From Patescibacteria group bacterium (GTDB lineage Bacteria > Patescibacteriota > UBA1384 > XYA2-FULL-43-10 > 1-14-0-10-43-13), in assembly GCA_041666325.1 (NCBI GenBank), contig JBAYHC010000003.1, positions 95,102 to 159,101 on the forward strand: 64,000 bases of DNA. The letters run 5' to 3'. Shown in pieces: positions 9,121-17,897 of this stretch. Position numbers and translations under genes: made by a program. The notes beneath the pieces are model-generated. The model had not been told where the DNA came from, made no database searches, and saw only the letters and a program-made list of their open reading frames with translations. Position 1 is the first letter of the stretch; each line of letters begins with the position of its first letter.

Positions 9121-10410
9121 ATGGATATGGACGGATCTTCGTCTCAACAGAACTCTGTTATCGATGTTGATCCTCGGCGCTTTGGTTTTAATACGGAGAA
9201 AAACCCGGCGCTCGAGATACTCCGCCACACCATCCAAATTGCAATTGATATGCGAGCGTCGGATATTCACCTTGAACCTATGGGCGAAGGTATGCGCATT
9301 CGACTTCGCGTAGACGGGCGACTCCAAGAGTTCAGGCAGCTAAGTGCCCTGGAAGAGCCTCCGGTTGTCAATGTTTGGAAAATAGCCTGCAATATGAAGA
9401 TCGAAGAACACAGGCGCCCGATGGATGGACGTTTCAGCGTCATCCGAGAAGGTAAGAATTATGATCTTCGAGTAAACGTTTCCCCCGTACAGGCCAGCAC
9501 AGGAATCAACCGAATGGGTATTACTGCGCGCATTCTACCCAAAGAGGCCGTCATGATCGACCTCGAGCAACTTGGGTTCAGCGCTTCTGTTCGAAAAAGC
9601 ATTGAAAGAGTTATCGGCCACAGTCATGGTATGCTGCTGGTAACAGGTCCTACCGGCTCGGGTAAATCGACCACGCTCAGCTGTGTCCTTGCTATGCTCA
9701 ACAGCCCAGCCAAAAAGATCATCTCGATCGAAGATCCTGTAGAGATCATGGTTCCAGGAGTTGAGCAAATGCAGGTGAACAATGCCGCGAAGGTTGACTT
9801 TAACTTTGCGACTGCACTGAGAGCAATGCTTCGCAGAGACCCAGACATCATCATGGTCGGTGAAATTCGCGACCTGGAAACAGCAGAGATGACACTGCGC
9901 GCTGCGCTTACTGGCCACCTTGTTCTTTCTACCTTGCACACTAACGATGCCACCTCAACGGTCTTGCGCCTGATTGACATGGGGATAGAGCCTTTCCTAG
10001 TTGCCGACATCCTTGTCGGCGCCTTGGCACAACGGCTTGTGCGACGTATTTGCACCCAATGCAAAGAAGCGGTTGAGATAAATGCCAGCCAGCTAATTCC
10101 ACTTGGACGAAGGCCTTCATCGCCAGAGGAGAGAATCAAGGTTGGCAAAGGGCGTGGCTGTGACGCTTGCCGCAACACTGGCTACAAAGGGCGCGTCGCC
10201 CTTGCAGAGATCATGATGGTTACACCATCGATTGTCAGGCTGATCACTCAGGGCGCCGGCCAAGCAGACATTCAAGCCGCCGCCATCAACAACGGAATGC
10301 GCCCGCTCTTACTCGACGGGCTTGATAAGGTCCTTGCAGGACTGACAACGATCGAAGAGGTTATGGAGGTTGCCACTACTCTCGAACCAGACGAAGAAAC
10401 AGAAGAGTAG
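9121..10410 (+). CDS. type II/IV secretion system ATPase (GspE/PilB family)
   Basis: Walker A LLVTGPTGSGKSTTL, Asp box, Walker B DPDIIMVGEIRD, His box LVLSTLHTNDA, and a C-terminal CxxC...CxxC zinc motif. AGGGAGG RBS lies before the ATG at 9121. Confidence 0.85.
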   Translation: MDMDGSSSQQNSVIDVDPRRFGFNTEKNPALEILRHTIQIAIDMRASDIHLEPMGEGMRIRLRVDGRLQEFRQLSALEEPPVVNVWKIACNMKIEEHRRPMDGRFSVIREGKNYDLRVNVSPVQASTGINRMGITARILPKEAVMIDLEQLGFSASVRKSIERVIGHSHGMLLVTGPTGSGKSTTLSCVLAMLNSPAKKIISIEDPVEIMVPGVEQMQVNNAAKVDFNFATALRAMLRRDPDIIMVGEIRDLETAEMTLRAALTGHLVLSTLHTNDATSTVLRLIDMGIEPFLVADILVGALAQRLVRRICTQCKEAVEINASQLIPLGRRPSSPEERIKVGKGRGCDACRNTGYKGRVALAEIMMVTPSIVRLITQGAGQADIQAAAINNGMRPLLLDGLDKVLAGLTTIEEVMEVATTLEPDEETEE

Positions 10411-10435
10411 TAGCGCCTTGATTTGATTAGTTCGC

Positions 10436-10470
10436 CTGGCCTACCCCATTGGGGTAGGCTCGTTTTTATT
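10436..10470 (+). terminator. rho-independent terminator after the GspE-like gene
   Basis: CCTACCCCATTGGGGTAGG hairpin followed by CTCGTTTTTATT. Confidence 0.6.
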
Positions 10471-10658
10471 AACACGCGAAAATACCATGCCTCGATTAAC
10501 TAGCAATCCTCCACGGTATTAAGATTGCCACAATGCTCACCACCATAGTAAATACAGACTGTGCGATTCAAAACAGAGCGCCAAGAGTGTTGTATTGGCA
10601 AGCCATAAATAATAAAATCAAATTGTTTATCAAGATAATCGCGACACAGGGAGGATAG

Positions 10659-11144
10659 ATGACAACGGCCAGCAAACCCGAATGGGCAAGAAAACTTGAT
10701 AATTTGGGCGAACGATTTAACTCCAGTCCGAAGAACAAACGCAAGAACAGAACCATCGAATATATAGTCGCTATTGTCATTAATATTGTACTGATCGCAA
10801 TTTGGGGTCGATTGCCACAATGGCTACCCTTCATCACCGACTCTTTTGCGGCCGTCTTGCCGCTTTTCTATATTTCGTTCGCAGCCACGATTGCCGCCAA
10901 CATGCTCTTTCTTGTCTATGACGAAGTCCTTTTCAAGGCAACCATAAAGGCGGCCCTGAATATTCTCAGCATCGTAGTACTAATCACTCTCGATTATGTC
11001 TTCCCCTTCGATTTCTCCGCCTACCCGGGATCCGAATGGGAAATAGTTGCGAGAATTGTGCTCGTGGTTAGCATAATTGGAACCGTAATTGGCACCGTAG
11101 TGGAGTCTCTGCAAATTCTTTTTGGCCCAGAAAAATCGTCTTGA
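10659..11144 (+). CDS. integral membrane protein (hypothetical)
   Basis: GGGAGGA RBS; 161 aa with 4-5 predicted TM helices. Confidence 0.5.
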   Translation: MTTASKPEWARKLDNLGERFNSSPKNKRKNRTIEYIVAIVINIVLIAIWGRLPQWLPFITDSFAAVLPLFYISFAATIAANMLFLVYDEVLFKATIKAALNILSIVVLITLDYVFPFDFSAYPGSEWEIVARIVLVVSIIGTVIGTVVESLQILFGPEKSS

Positions 11145-11174
11145 TCGTCTTGTGACAAGTAACAGAGGAGAAGA

Positions 11175-11345
11175 ATGAAAAACACTGCCCCCAATAGTGC
11201 AGTCTATGGCCTTGGCTTTATCGGAGCGCTTGTTTATTACATCAGTACGGCTACATCATTCGGCATGGGTGTCTTGGGAGTCTTGAAGGCAATCGTCTGG
11301 CCGGCAATACTGGTTTATCAAGCCCTCGAGCTCTTGGCCAAATAA
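11175..11345 (+). CDS. small membrane peptide (56 aa, hypothetical)
   Basis: AGAGGAG RBS 7 nt upstream. Encodes MKNTAPNSAVYGLGFIGALVYY...VLKAIVWPAILVYQALELLAK with two TM-like segments. It is below the ORF-track length cutoff. Confidence 0.3.
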   Translation: MKNTAPNSAVYGLGFIGALVYYISTATSFGMGVLGVLKAIVWPAILVYQALELLAK

Positions 11346-11415
11346 GAGAAAAGGTTCCTCATTAAAAAAGGGGCTATGGGCCCCGTCAATGATAATTGAT
11401 CCGGTAAATACTATA

Positions 11416-11850
11416 CTAGCCTTTTCCGGCGGCCAGCTTGTGACTAAGTGCACCCTTCTCGGGAAAAGTAAACTTGTGTAATTTGTCGTAAGTAAGAGTG
11501 ACGAGTTCCACCTCATTAATCCCAATGCCCTGCTCGTAAAACAATTTCCACTTAATGGGCAAGTTCGCTCGATTAAGGAAATCGATAGGATAGCCAGCCA
11601 CATCATAAAGCAACACATTCTCGCCAAAATCACGATCGATTCTGATGGTAGCGCCCTCCTCAAACCTCCAAATAACCATACTGTCAGTAACAGAACGGCA
11701 TGTTTGCTCTGTAGCTGATGTAAGCAAAGACCTATCAGTCGCCAAAAAACTAAAGATGGTGTTGCCGCCCTTAAGTGCAGCTTCACGCCGCGATAATGGC
11801 CTTGACCACATAGCCCTAACCTTAGCCAGGGCCCACACTAACCACCCCAT
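11416..11850 (-). CDS. hypothetical protein
   Basis: 144 aa, starting at MGWLVW, which is preceded by a GGAAGGGAG RBS. No recognisable domain. Confidence 0.45.
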   Translation of the reverse strand: MGWLVWALAKVRAMWSRPLSRREAALKGGNTIFSFLATDRSLLTSATEQTCRSVTDSMVIWRFEEGATIRIDRDFGENVLLYDVAGYPIDFLNRANLPIKWKLFYEQGIGINEVELVTLTYDKLHKFTFPEKGALSHKLAAGKG

Positions 11851-12049
11851 TCGCGCTACTCCCTTCCGTTTGGTACAGCACAACAATACTCAAAGAGAAC
11901 AGAATAATCAACTAACAAATATCATTATAGAAATTTACGCAATTATTGATGTTCCCCAAATAGTTCCGGATGCATGCGACACATGCACGCGCTTGAACTG
12001 GTAAACCGTTGGGGCTAATATCATAAGTATAAAATAATACCTCACAAAA

Positions 12050-12613
12050 ATGGAAACAAAGAATATTTTTCTATATGGCTCTCCTGGATCAGGCAAGACA
12101 ACCATCTCGGAAGCACTTCAAAAGCTTCTTCAGTGGGACTACCTGGAACTTGATAAGGTTAGACACTCTGCCCAAACCGGCAAGAGCCAAAAGTCTAACC
12201 CCTTTCTTTTCTATTACACAACTACCGCCTGGCAAGCATTTGGCGAGCTTACAAACGAGAGTGCTATTAAGGGTCTGCTGGAAATCAGAAAGGCGCTACA
12301 ACCATTCGTTCTGAACGAGATCAAGCACCACGACAGCCCAATAATTGCCGAAGCTGCATTTCTCGATCCGAACGTTCTACTGAGCAAGGGCAGTATTGTT
12401 TTGGTGGCCTGCCCCGACACAACCAAACATCATAACCAATTCTTTGTCCATCGCCCAAGATGCGCAGAATCTGAGACACAATTCAAAGCAGCCTGCTTCA
12501 TCGATCAATTCCTTCTTGGTGAAGCCAAGAGTCTTGGTGCAGTGATATACGATAATTCAGCCCAACCATTAGAGGAGCCGGAAATAATTCTTCAAAAGAT
12601 TGGCATGGCATGA
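12050..12613 (+). CDS. P-loop NTPase / nucleotide-kinase-like protein
   Basis: Walker A LYGSPGSGKTTISEAL at the N-terminus; 187 aa. Its stop overlaps the next gene's start (ATGA). Confidence 0.6.
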   Translation: METKNIFLYGSPGSGKTTISEALQKLLQWDYLELDKVRHSAQTGKSQKSNPFLFYYTTTAWQAFGELTNESAIKGLLEIRKALQPFVLNEIKHHDSPIIAEAAFLDPNVLLSKGSIVLVACPDTTKHHNQFFVHRPRCAESETQFKAACFIDQFLLGEAKSLGAVIYDNSAQPLEEPEIILQKIGMA

Positions 12614-12993
12614 AATCGATCGACGAACAACTTATTGCTCCGTGTGGTATGGATTGCGGTGTATGCAAAGCACATTTGCGAGAGAAAAATCCTTGCCATG
12701 GATGCAATTTTGCGGATGACAGCAAACCAAAAACTCGCGTCAATTGTAAAATTAAGAACTGCCAAGAACGCAGGGGCAAGTTTTGTTTTGAATGCAGCAA
12801 GTTCCCTTGCGAGCTATTAAGTCATCTGGATAAGCGTTACCGGGAAAAGTACGGCATGGGTCAGATCGAAAACCTTGAATGTATTCGCCGTGAAGGCATG
12901 TGCGCCTTCCTTGAGAGCGAACGCAAGAAGTACGAGAGCGAAAAAGGCATCTATTGCGTCCATGATAAGAAATACTATTCGCAGCCAGATTGA
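12610..12993 (+). CDS. cysteine-rich DUF3795-like zinc-binding protein
   Basis: CGMDCGVCKAH...CHGCNF...CKIKNC...CFECSKFPC pattern. Translationally coupled to the upstream P-loop gene. Confidence 0.6.
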   Translation: MKSIDEQLIAPCGMDCGVCKAHLREKNPCHGCNFADDSKPKTRVNCKIKNCQERRGKFCFECSKFPCELLSHLDKRYREKYGMGQIENLECIRREGMCAFLESERKKYESEKGIYCVHDKKYYSQPD

Positions 12994-13065
12994 TCTGTTC
13001 TCTTTCAGCTATCTCAATTAGTACGCCATAGCTTGTTATTTGGAATGTTTAAAGTGGAGCATGGA

Positions 13066-13836
13066 ATGGATATAGACACGACATTAAAGGTTGTTCGACA
13101 TAAGATTGCCCAACTGCCAAAAAAGATGATGAGCAATGAAGAGCAGGCATTTGTGCAGCGATACATGGGCAATAACCGAAGATTTCTTGGGGCCAAAACC
13201 GGTGATCTGGTCAAAATTTCCAGAGAAGTAGTCAAAGACCAGAACAACCTGGAAATTGATGAATTGGTTGCCCTGATTAGCACGCTATTTGCCGCAGATA
13301 ATTTCGAGGAATATGTTATTGGCGGCAAAATTATTACCTTTCTGAAACCAGATACTCGAGCAAAGATCTCTTTTGATCAGCTAGAGACGTGGCTCTCCGG
13401 GGCCAAAGGGTGGGTTGAGGTTGATGTTATCTGCCAATCATCCTACACCGGCCAAGAGGTGTTAGATCGTTGGGACGAGTGGCAAAAAATGATTAAAAAA
13501 TTTAGAGAGAGCGACATCATCTCTCTCCGCCGGGCAAGTCTAGTGTTACAAAACCTTTCTATTCGAAAAATTAATGACAAAAGATTGCGCCAGCTTGCCT
13601 TTGCCACCATTGAAGAACTAAAGAGTGAAAAAGATGTTCTCATCACCAAGGCAATCTCCTGGCTTCTGCGAAGTCTCTCTGATCTGGACAAGAAGGAGGT
13701 CAAAGACTACCTATTGAAGAACGAATTGACTCTTCCGCGCATCGCCTTCCGCGAAACGATGAAAAAGATCGAGACTGGCAATAAGAACGGCAATACAAAA
13801 AAACGCCGCGGCTCCAAAGAGCCGCGGACGCGGTAA
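13066..13836 (+). CDS. DNA alkylation repair enzyme (AlkD-like HEAT-repeat glycosylase family)
   Basis: Blocks YMGNNRRFLGAKTGDLVKISREV, W..VDVICQS, ISLRRASLVLQ and KAISWLLRSLS match the DNA_alkylation (AlkD/AlkC) repeat pattern. Start chosen at the in-frame ATG after a GTGGAG RBS. The last ~12 codons run through a terminator hairpin that serves the convergent gene. Confidence 0.6.
   Translation: MDIDTTLKVVRHKIAQLPKKMMSNEEQAFVQRYMGNNRRFLGAKTGDLVKISREVVKDQNNLEIDELVALISTLFAADNFEEYVIGGKIITFLKPDTRAKISFDQLETWLSGAKGWVEVDVICQSSYTGQEVLDRWDEWQKMIKKFRESDIISLRRASLVLQNLSIRKINDKRLRQLAFATIEELKSEKDVLITKAISWLLRSLSDLDKKEVKDYLLKNELTLPRIAFRETMKKIETGNKNGNTKKRRGSKEPRTR
13796..13828 (-). terminator. rho-independent terminator (minus strand) for gene 13845..14447
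   Basis: Minus-strand sense reads CCGCGGCTCTTTGGAGCCGCGG followed by CGTTTTTTT. Confidence 0.55.
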
Positions 13837-13844
13837 GTCCTATC

Positions 13845-14447
13845 TTAATCAAGAAAGAATATCTGGGCAGGACGCTCGTCCTGGCCAAACCTGGGCCCAA
13901 CCTGCCACCATGGGCGAAGATCATCGACTCTCTCGTCCGAACCGACCCCGGGAGCAGTCGGCGTAATGTAAAGCTCTACCGGGCCAGAAGTGTTAGAGGG
14001 TCCATCAACTATCACAAAGAAAACCATCTTATCAGGGGTCCAGCGCGTCCGGACAACAGTTTCAAAGCGAAGGTTCCCGATTGACACCTGAACAACCTGC
14101 CCAACCCTGGGAATAATGGCATGCCAACCGCTAAAACGCGAATTATCACCCGTGAGCAGAAAGAGAGAAACAAGCCGATCTCCTCTGCTGACAGGGGCAA
14201 ACTGCCAAAAAGGTCTGCGATCGTTAGCCTGATCAACCATTCCAATTCGCGATGCACCAGGGGTGATGTAAAACTCATGCAACCCCCCAGTGACAGAAGG
14301 TCCCTCAACAATGACTGAAAAGGTTTTCAGATCCCTTGTTGCTCGAGATCGAACCGTCGTTTCAAAGATCCGTCCCCAAGCATGCACCTGAACAACCTCT
14401 CCCACACTAGGGATACAGGCTGGCCAGTCACTGAATCTTTTAGCCAT
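13845..14447 (-). CDS. hypothetical protein built from two tandem ~95-aa repeats
   Basis: AGGAGAGGAGG RBS. The two halves align as W..IP.VG.VVQV...FET.VR.R......F.VIV.GPS.T.G..E.YITP.A.G......D.RP.WQ..P. GC-rich. Confidence 0.55.
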   Translation of the reverse strand: MAKRFSDWPACIPSVGEVVQVHAWGRIFETTVRSRATRDLKTFSVIVEGPSVTGGLHEFYITPGASRIGMVDQANDRRPFWQFAPVSRGDRLVSLFLLTGDNSRFSGWHAIIPRVGQVVQVSIGNLRFETVVRTRWTPDKMVFFVIVDGPSNTSGPVELYITPTAPGVGSDERVDDLRPWWQVGPRFGQDERPAQIFFLD

Positions 14448-14584
14448 ATGGCCTCCTCTCCTGTGTCCAGCTGTTGTACCATACTATAATTAGCTTTGTT
14501 TGTCAATAATATTCCCCTTTCTACCACCAGACTCTCTGCAACATGATATAATCGAGGGCCCATTTTCGTTTGAAAGGAAACAAG

Positions 14585-15073
14585 ATGACAAACAAAAAAA
14601 TTCTAATCGATTGGCTTAATGACGCTTACAGAATGGAACAAACAGTTGTTAAAATTCTTGAGGGATATGAGATTGACGCTGAAGATTATCCTGAGATAGT
14701 CATCATCATCCGAGACCAAATAAAGCAAACCAGAAAACAATCGATTGTAGTTCGATCCGAGATAGAAAGGCTCGGCGGACAGATAGTTGAGTCAGAATCA
14801 ATGGAGCTGATAGATCTGACTTCCCCATTTCAATACACGGCCGGCAACATCGACCGAGACAGGGTGGTCAAGAATGCAATGACCCAACACGCCTTCGAGC
14901 ATTTTAATCATGCCGCCTATACTGCCCTGATCAAAGCGGCTGAATTTTATAATGAGCCGCAAACCATCACGATCTGCCACAAAATAATGGCCGAGGACAA
15001 GGAGATGGCTCAGACAATTCAATCGAAACTATCCGGATTGGTAGAAAGGTTCCTGGGAAAACAAGCTAATTAA
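14585..15073 (+). CDS. ferritin-like (DUF892, YciE/YciF family) protein
   Basis: LIDWLNDAYRMEQTVVKILEG..., then four-helix ferritin-like spacing with conserved E/H positions. AAGGAA RBS before MTNKK. Confidence 0.55.
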   Translation: MTNKKILIDWLNDAYRMEQTVVKILEGYEIDAEDYPEIVIIIRDQIKQTRKQSIVVRSEIERLGGQIVESESMELIDLTSPFQYTAGNIDRDRVVKNAMTQHAFEHFNHAAYTALIKAAEFYNEPQTITICHKIMAEDKEMAQTIQSKLSGLVERFLGKQAN

Positions 15074-15168
15074 ATATAATTTACTGACTATGCCGTTAAA
15101 CAAAATGAGATTACCGTTAAGTAATCTCATTTTGAATACAGTTTTAAGGCTGTTAGCAAGTCTGGATA

Positions 15169-15483
15169 CTAGTATCTTCTATCTCTTGAGTATCCGCCGC
15201 CGCCTGATCCCTCGCTGCGCTCTTTAGGCTTAGCAACATTGACGACAATCTTGCGACCATCAACCTCTTTGCCATCGAGCTCAGCAACGGCTTTCTGAGC
15301 CATCTCTTCTGTCTCGACTGTGACAAAACCGAATCCTCTTGGTCTCTGGGTCTCTCTGTCGAGGATAAGTGCTGCGTCAACCACTACAACTCCCTCAATT
15401 GCCTCGAACAATGATCTCAGTTGGTCCTGATCAATGCCGAAAGACAAGTTGCCAACGAACAATTTGTTCTTTTCGCTTTCCAT
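15169..15483 (-). CDS. glycine-rich RNA-binding protein (RRM domain)
   Basis: RNP-2 motif LFVGNLSF and RNP-1 motif RGFGFVTV, with a C-terminal GSGGGGYSRDRRY tail. GGAG RBS before MESEKNK. Confidence 0.8.
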   Translation of the reverse strand: MESEKNKLFVGNLSFGIDQDQLRSLFEAIEGVVVVDAALILDRETQRPRGFGFVTVETEEMAQKAVAELDGKEVDGRKIVVNVAKPKERSEGSGGGGYSRDRRY

Positions 15484-15845
15484 TCTTTCTCCTTCTAACA
15501 ATCTTATTTTAGATAAGATTCTAATTAACATAAATATATTTTATACGCACCCGGAAGAATTGAGCACCAATGCTGTTCTTTGAGTCAAAACGTTGGCGTC
15601 ATCTATCGACGTAAAGCATTAATCGATAGTTCTGTCCGCAGATTTAGGCTGCAACAGCTACAACATTTTTTATCTAACCGATTCATAATACTCTTAATTG
15701 TTATAAATAGATAGTCGTGAGCGATAATTTGAGGTAAAAATGCAACACAGCATCAATTTCGGCTATCTTGCGCCAAAAAATCACAACCTATTGACCGAGA
15801 TAATTTAGCAAAATATGACACGAAATGAGATCAGAACATACACTA

Positions 15846-16583
15846 CTAACCCATATAGTAAGAATTCCAACCATTTATTATGTCATCGAAGCCTTTTTTA
15901 CGAAAAATATCTTTCACTTTATTAAAAACTTCTTTTTGGACTTCTACGTCGCCCATACAAACAACTGCTCTTAGTTTACCGATAAATTCTTCACTACCCC
16001 AGACCAGATTGACCAGTGGATAATTCTTAAGCTCCCATTCTAAATACTTATTGTAGGGCTTCACCCTGCCCTCAAGGGCAAAGAGCGCCACTAGCAAGAG
16101 AGGAACAGATTCGGCTGCATCAAGCAGTGAGGCAATTGCATTGTTATCCCTACAGTTTTTCATCGAGCGATGAAAGCTATTTATATATGCATCCAAATTT
16201 CCCGACACAACTTCTTTTATCTTCTCCTCTGGTAATTTTCCTTTTTCCTCAATCAGTTTTTGGATCTCGCCCGCTTTGTCGATCTGAGCTTTTAGGTGGG
16301 TAAAATTATATCTATCCCATTCAAACCCGCTACCCCAATTGGCGTAATCCCTAAACTCGGCCAGCGACAGAACCTTAATATAGACATCACTTGTATCGGT
16401 AAAACCGCTATATTTTTCCCGATACTCTATCTCGCGACCATCATTTACTACAATGATGACATCGTAATCGGAGTGCTCCGTTGAGAAACCCTTGCCACGG
16501 CCAGCCACTAAGATGAATCCGATGATATTGGGATCACTCTCTGCTTCCGCCTGAACGCTCTCAAACATGAGATCTTTGTCCAT
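15846..16583 (-). CDS. nucleotidyltransferase-fold protein (ANT(6)/AadK-like, putative)
   Basis: N-terminal IIGFILVAGRGKGFSTEHSDYDVIIVV resembles the minimal nucleotidyltransferase motif of aminoglycoside 6-adenylyltransferases. 245 aa. Confidence 0.5.
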   Translation of the reverse strand: MDKDLMFESVQAEAESDPNIIGFILVAGRGKGFSTEHSDYDVIIVVNDGREIEYREKYSGFTDTSDVYIKVLSLAEFRDYANWGSGFEWDRYNFTHLKAQIDKAGEIQKLIEEKGKLPEEKIKEVVSGNLDAYINSFHRSMKNCRDNNAIASLLDAAESVPLLLVALFALEGRVKPYNKYLEWELKNYPLVNLVWGSEEFIGKLRAVVCMGDVEVQKEVFNKVKDIFRKKGFDDIINGWNSYYMG

Positions 16584-16739
16584 AATTCTCTACTCCAGTT
16601 AGTTCTTTTCTTTATCAGATCTATTCGAATATATCACAAACCGTATATTGCTTTGATTTTTACACTTCTAAACATAAAATATCCAGTATCACACTGGACA
16701 TTTTATGGCATGGACCAAATGAATCGTCCCGATAGTTTG

Positions 16740-16813
16740 TGGCAGGGGTACGAGGAATCGAACCCCGATCGACGGTTTTGGAGACCGTTGTTTTACCGTT
16801 AAACTATACCCCT
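16740..16813 (-). tRNA. tRNA-Trp (anticodon CCA)
   Basis: Minus-strand sense AGGGGTATAGTTTAACGGTAAAACAACGGTCTCCAAAACCGTCGATCGGGGTTCGATTCCTCGTACCCCTGCCA. It has a 7-bp acceptor stem, a CUCCAAA anticodon loop and an encoded CCA, and is very close to E. coli tRNA-Trp. Confidence 0.9.
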
Positions 16814-16943
16814 AAAAAGTGTGAAAGGCCTGCCCGCAGTCGCTTCGCTCCAGGCGATGCAGGCGGGCGAAAGCATGAGAGTACTAAGCTGGCAGAATAC
16901 AGATCTAATAAAAGATCTGTCTCGGCTAACAGTGCTTTCACAC

Positions 16944-17111
16944 TTACTTTGTCTCTTTGTGTACAGTCTTCTTGCGATCGTGTGGGCAGTATTTTTCGAA
17001 CTCCAAACGAGCAATAACGCCCATTCCCTTGAGGCGCTTCTCTGTGTGGTAATTCCTGCTTTTGCAAACTGTGCATTCGAGTGTAACTAATTTTCTTGCT
17101 TCTTTGGCCAT
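16944..17111 (-). CDS. rpmG: 50S ribosomal protein L33
   Basis: MAKEARKLVTLECTVCKSRNYHTEKRLKGM...RLEFEKYCPHDRKKTVHKETK, 55 aa, with the C4 zinc-ribbon typical of L33. The rpmG / tRNA-Trp linkage is also typical. Confidence 0.85.
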   Translation of the reverse strand: MAKEARKLVTLECTVCKSRNYHTEKRLKGMGVIARLEFEKYCPHDRKKTVHKETK

Positions 17112-17221
17112 TTTGTCCTTAATTTGTCGTCCCGAAACCCGAAGATAGCCCCGGGCTCTTGATTCAGGATCTATTCTAATGACTGGATTCCAGATCAAGT
17201 CTGGAATGACAATATATATTA

Positions 17222-17296
17222 TGGAGCCATCTATCGGATTTGAACCGATAACCTACTGTTTACAAAACAGTTGCTCTACCGTTGAGCTAAGATGGC
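17222..17296 (-). tRNA. tRNA-Thr (anticodon TGT)
   Basis: GCCATCTTAGCTCAACGGTAGAGCAACTGTTTTGTAAACAGTAGGTTATCGGTTCAAATCCGATAGATGGCTCCA; acceptor GCCATCT/AGATGGC, anticodon loop UUUGUAA. Confidence 0.9.
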
Positions 17297-17560
17297 CTAC
17301 CCTATCAAGCCATCAATCAACCCTTGCTTTTTCTCTGACCGCCAACCCTTAATCTGCATTTCCCGCTTGCGAGCCTCCGATTTGCCTGGGAAGACGCCGG
17401 AAATGTAAACGATTTCCATTGGGCCCTAATCGATCACAAATTTTGCGCCTTTGCCACTATTGTGCAAGGATAATCTTCTGATCGGATCAGGCGAGATTCC
17501 AGTGTAATACCGCTTTGTCTTGATCGATTGAGCGATGTAGACTTTCCACTCCTCCGTGTT

Positions 17561-17680
17561 GGCCCTTCGACTTCACTCCGTTTCGCTCAGGGTCACTCGA
17601 CTTACGCAACTTAATACTATTGCCAAGACAAGTGGTTTACCGCGAGCGAGGCATTAACTTGTTAATGACGAGTCGAGTGG
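17561..17680 (-). repeat. structured tRNA 3'-trailer element, copy A (downstream of tRNA-Tyr)
   Basis: RNA sense: ...CCA-CUCGACUCG...GCUCGCUCGCGGUAAACCAC...AGUCGAGUGACCCUGAGCGAAACGGAGUGAAGUCGAAGGGCC. A 10-bp stem pairs CCACUCGACU (including the tRNA CCA) with AGUCGAGUGG about 100 nt downstream. A homologous copy follows tRNA-Thr(GGT). Confidence 0.5.
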
Positions 17681-17763
17681 TGCTGGGAGTAGGACTCGAA
17701 CCTACGAAGGCGTGAGCCGTCTGATTTACAGTCAGATGCGTTTGACCACTTCGCTATCCCAGC
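17678..17763 (-). tRNA. tRNA-Tyr (anticodon GTA)
   Basis: GCTGGGATAGCGAAGTGGTCAAACGCATCTGACTGTAAATCAGACGGCTCACGCCTTCGTAGGTTCGAGTCCTACTCCCAGCACCA; long variable arm, anticodon loop CUGUAAA, encoded CCA. Confidence 0.9.
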
Positions 17764-17772
17764 ATAATATTA

Positions 17773-17897
17773 AAGGCCCTTCGATTTCGCTTCGCTCCAC
17801 TCAGGGTCATTCGACTCTCGTGCTCAGCTAAACTATGTTTGCAAGAATGGTTCACCATGAGCGAGCCGTTGAGCGTTAGTGATGGCGAGTCGAATGG
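17773..17897 (-). repeat. structured tRNA 3'-trailer element, copy B (downstream of tRNA-Thr-GGT)
   Basis: Homologous to copy A, sharing the blocks GGCCCTTCGA, CAGGGTCA(C/T)TCGACT, TGGTT(T/C)ACC, GAGCGAG and GAGTCGA(G/A)TGG. The stem CCAUUCGACU/AGUCGAAUGG has a compensatory change at the position where A has C:G. Confidence 0.5.

Noticed and set aside
9079-10178. Minus-strand ORFs of 82, 134 and 184 aa
   Set aside because: Antisense to the well-supported GspE-like ATPase gene.
10500-10837. Minus-strand ORFs of 106 and 89 aa
   Set aside because: They overlap each other and the RBS-supported plus-strand membrane gene, and have no RBS.
16739-17090. Plus- and minus-strand ORFs of 71-92 aa
   Set aside because: They overlap tRNA-Trp and are antisense to, or out of frame with, rpmG.
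17297-17680. tmRNA, SRP RNA, 5S rRNA or canonical RNase P RNA in the tRNA-cluster spacer
   Set aside because: The adjacent tRNAs are complete canonical tRNAs. No tRNA-like domain pair, SRP domain IV motif or correctly ordered RNase P P4 strands could be assembled by eye. Left as an unclassified finding.
17561-17897. Hammerhead or twister self-cleaving ribozyme in the tRNA trailers
   Set aside because: CUGAGCG and CUGAGUG do not satisfy the CUGANGA core, and no twister consensus is visible.
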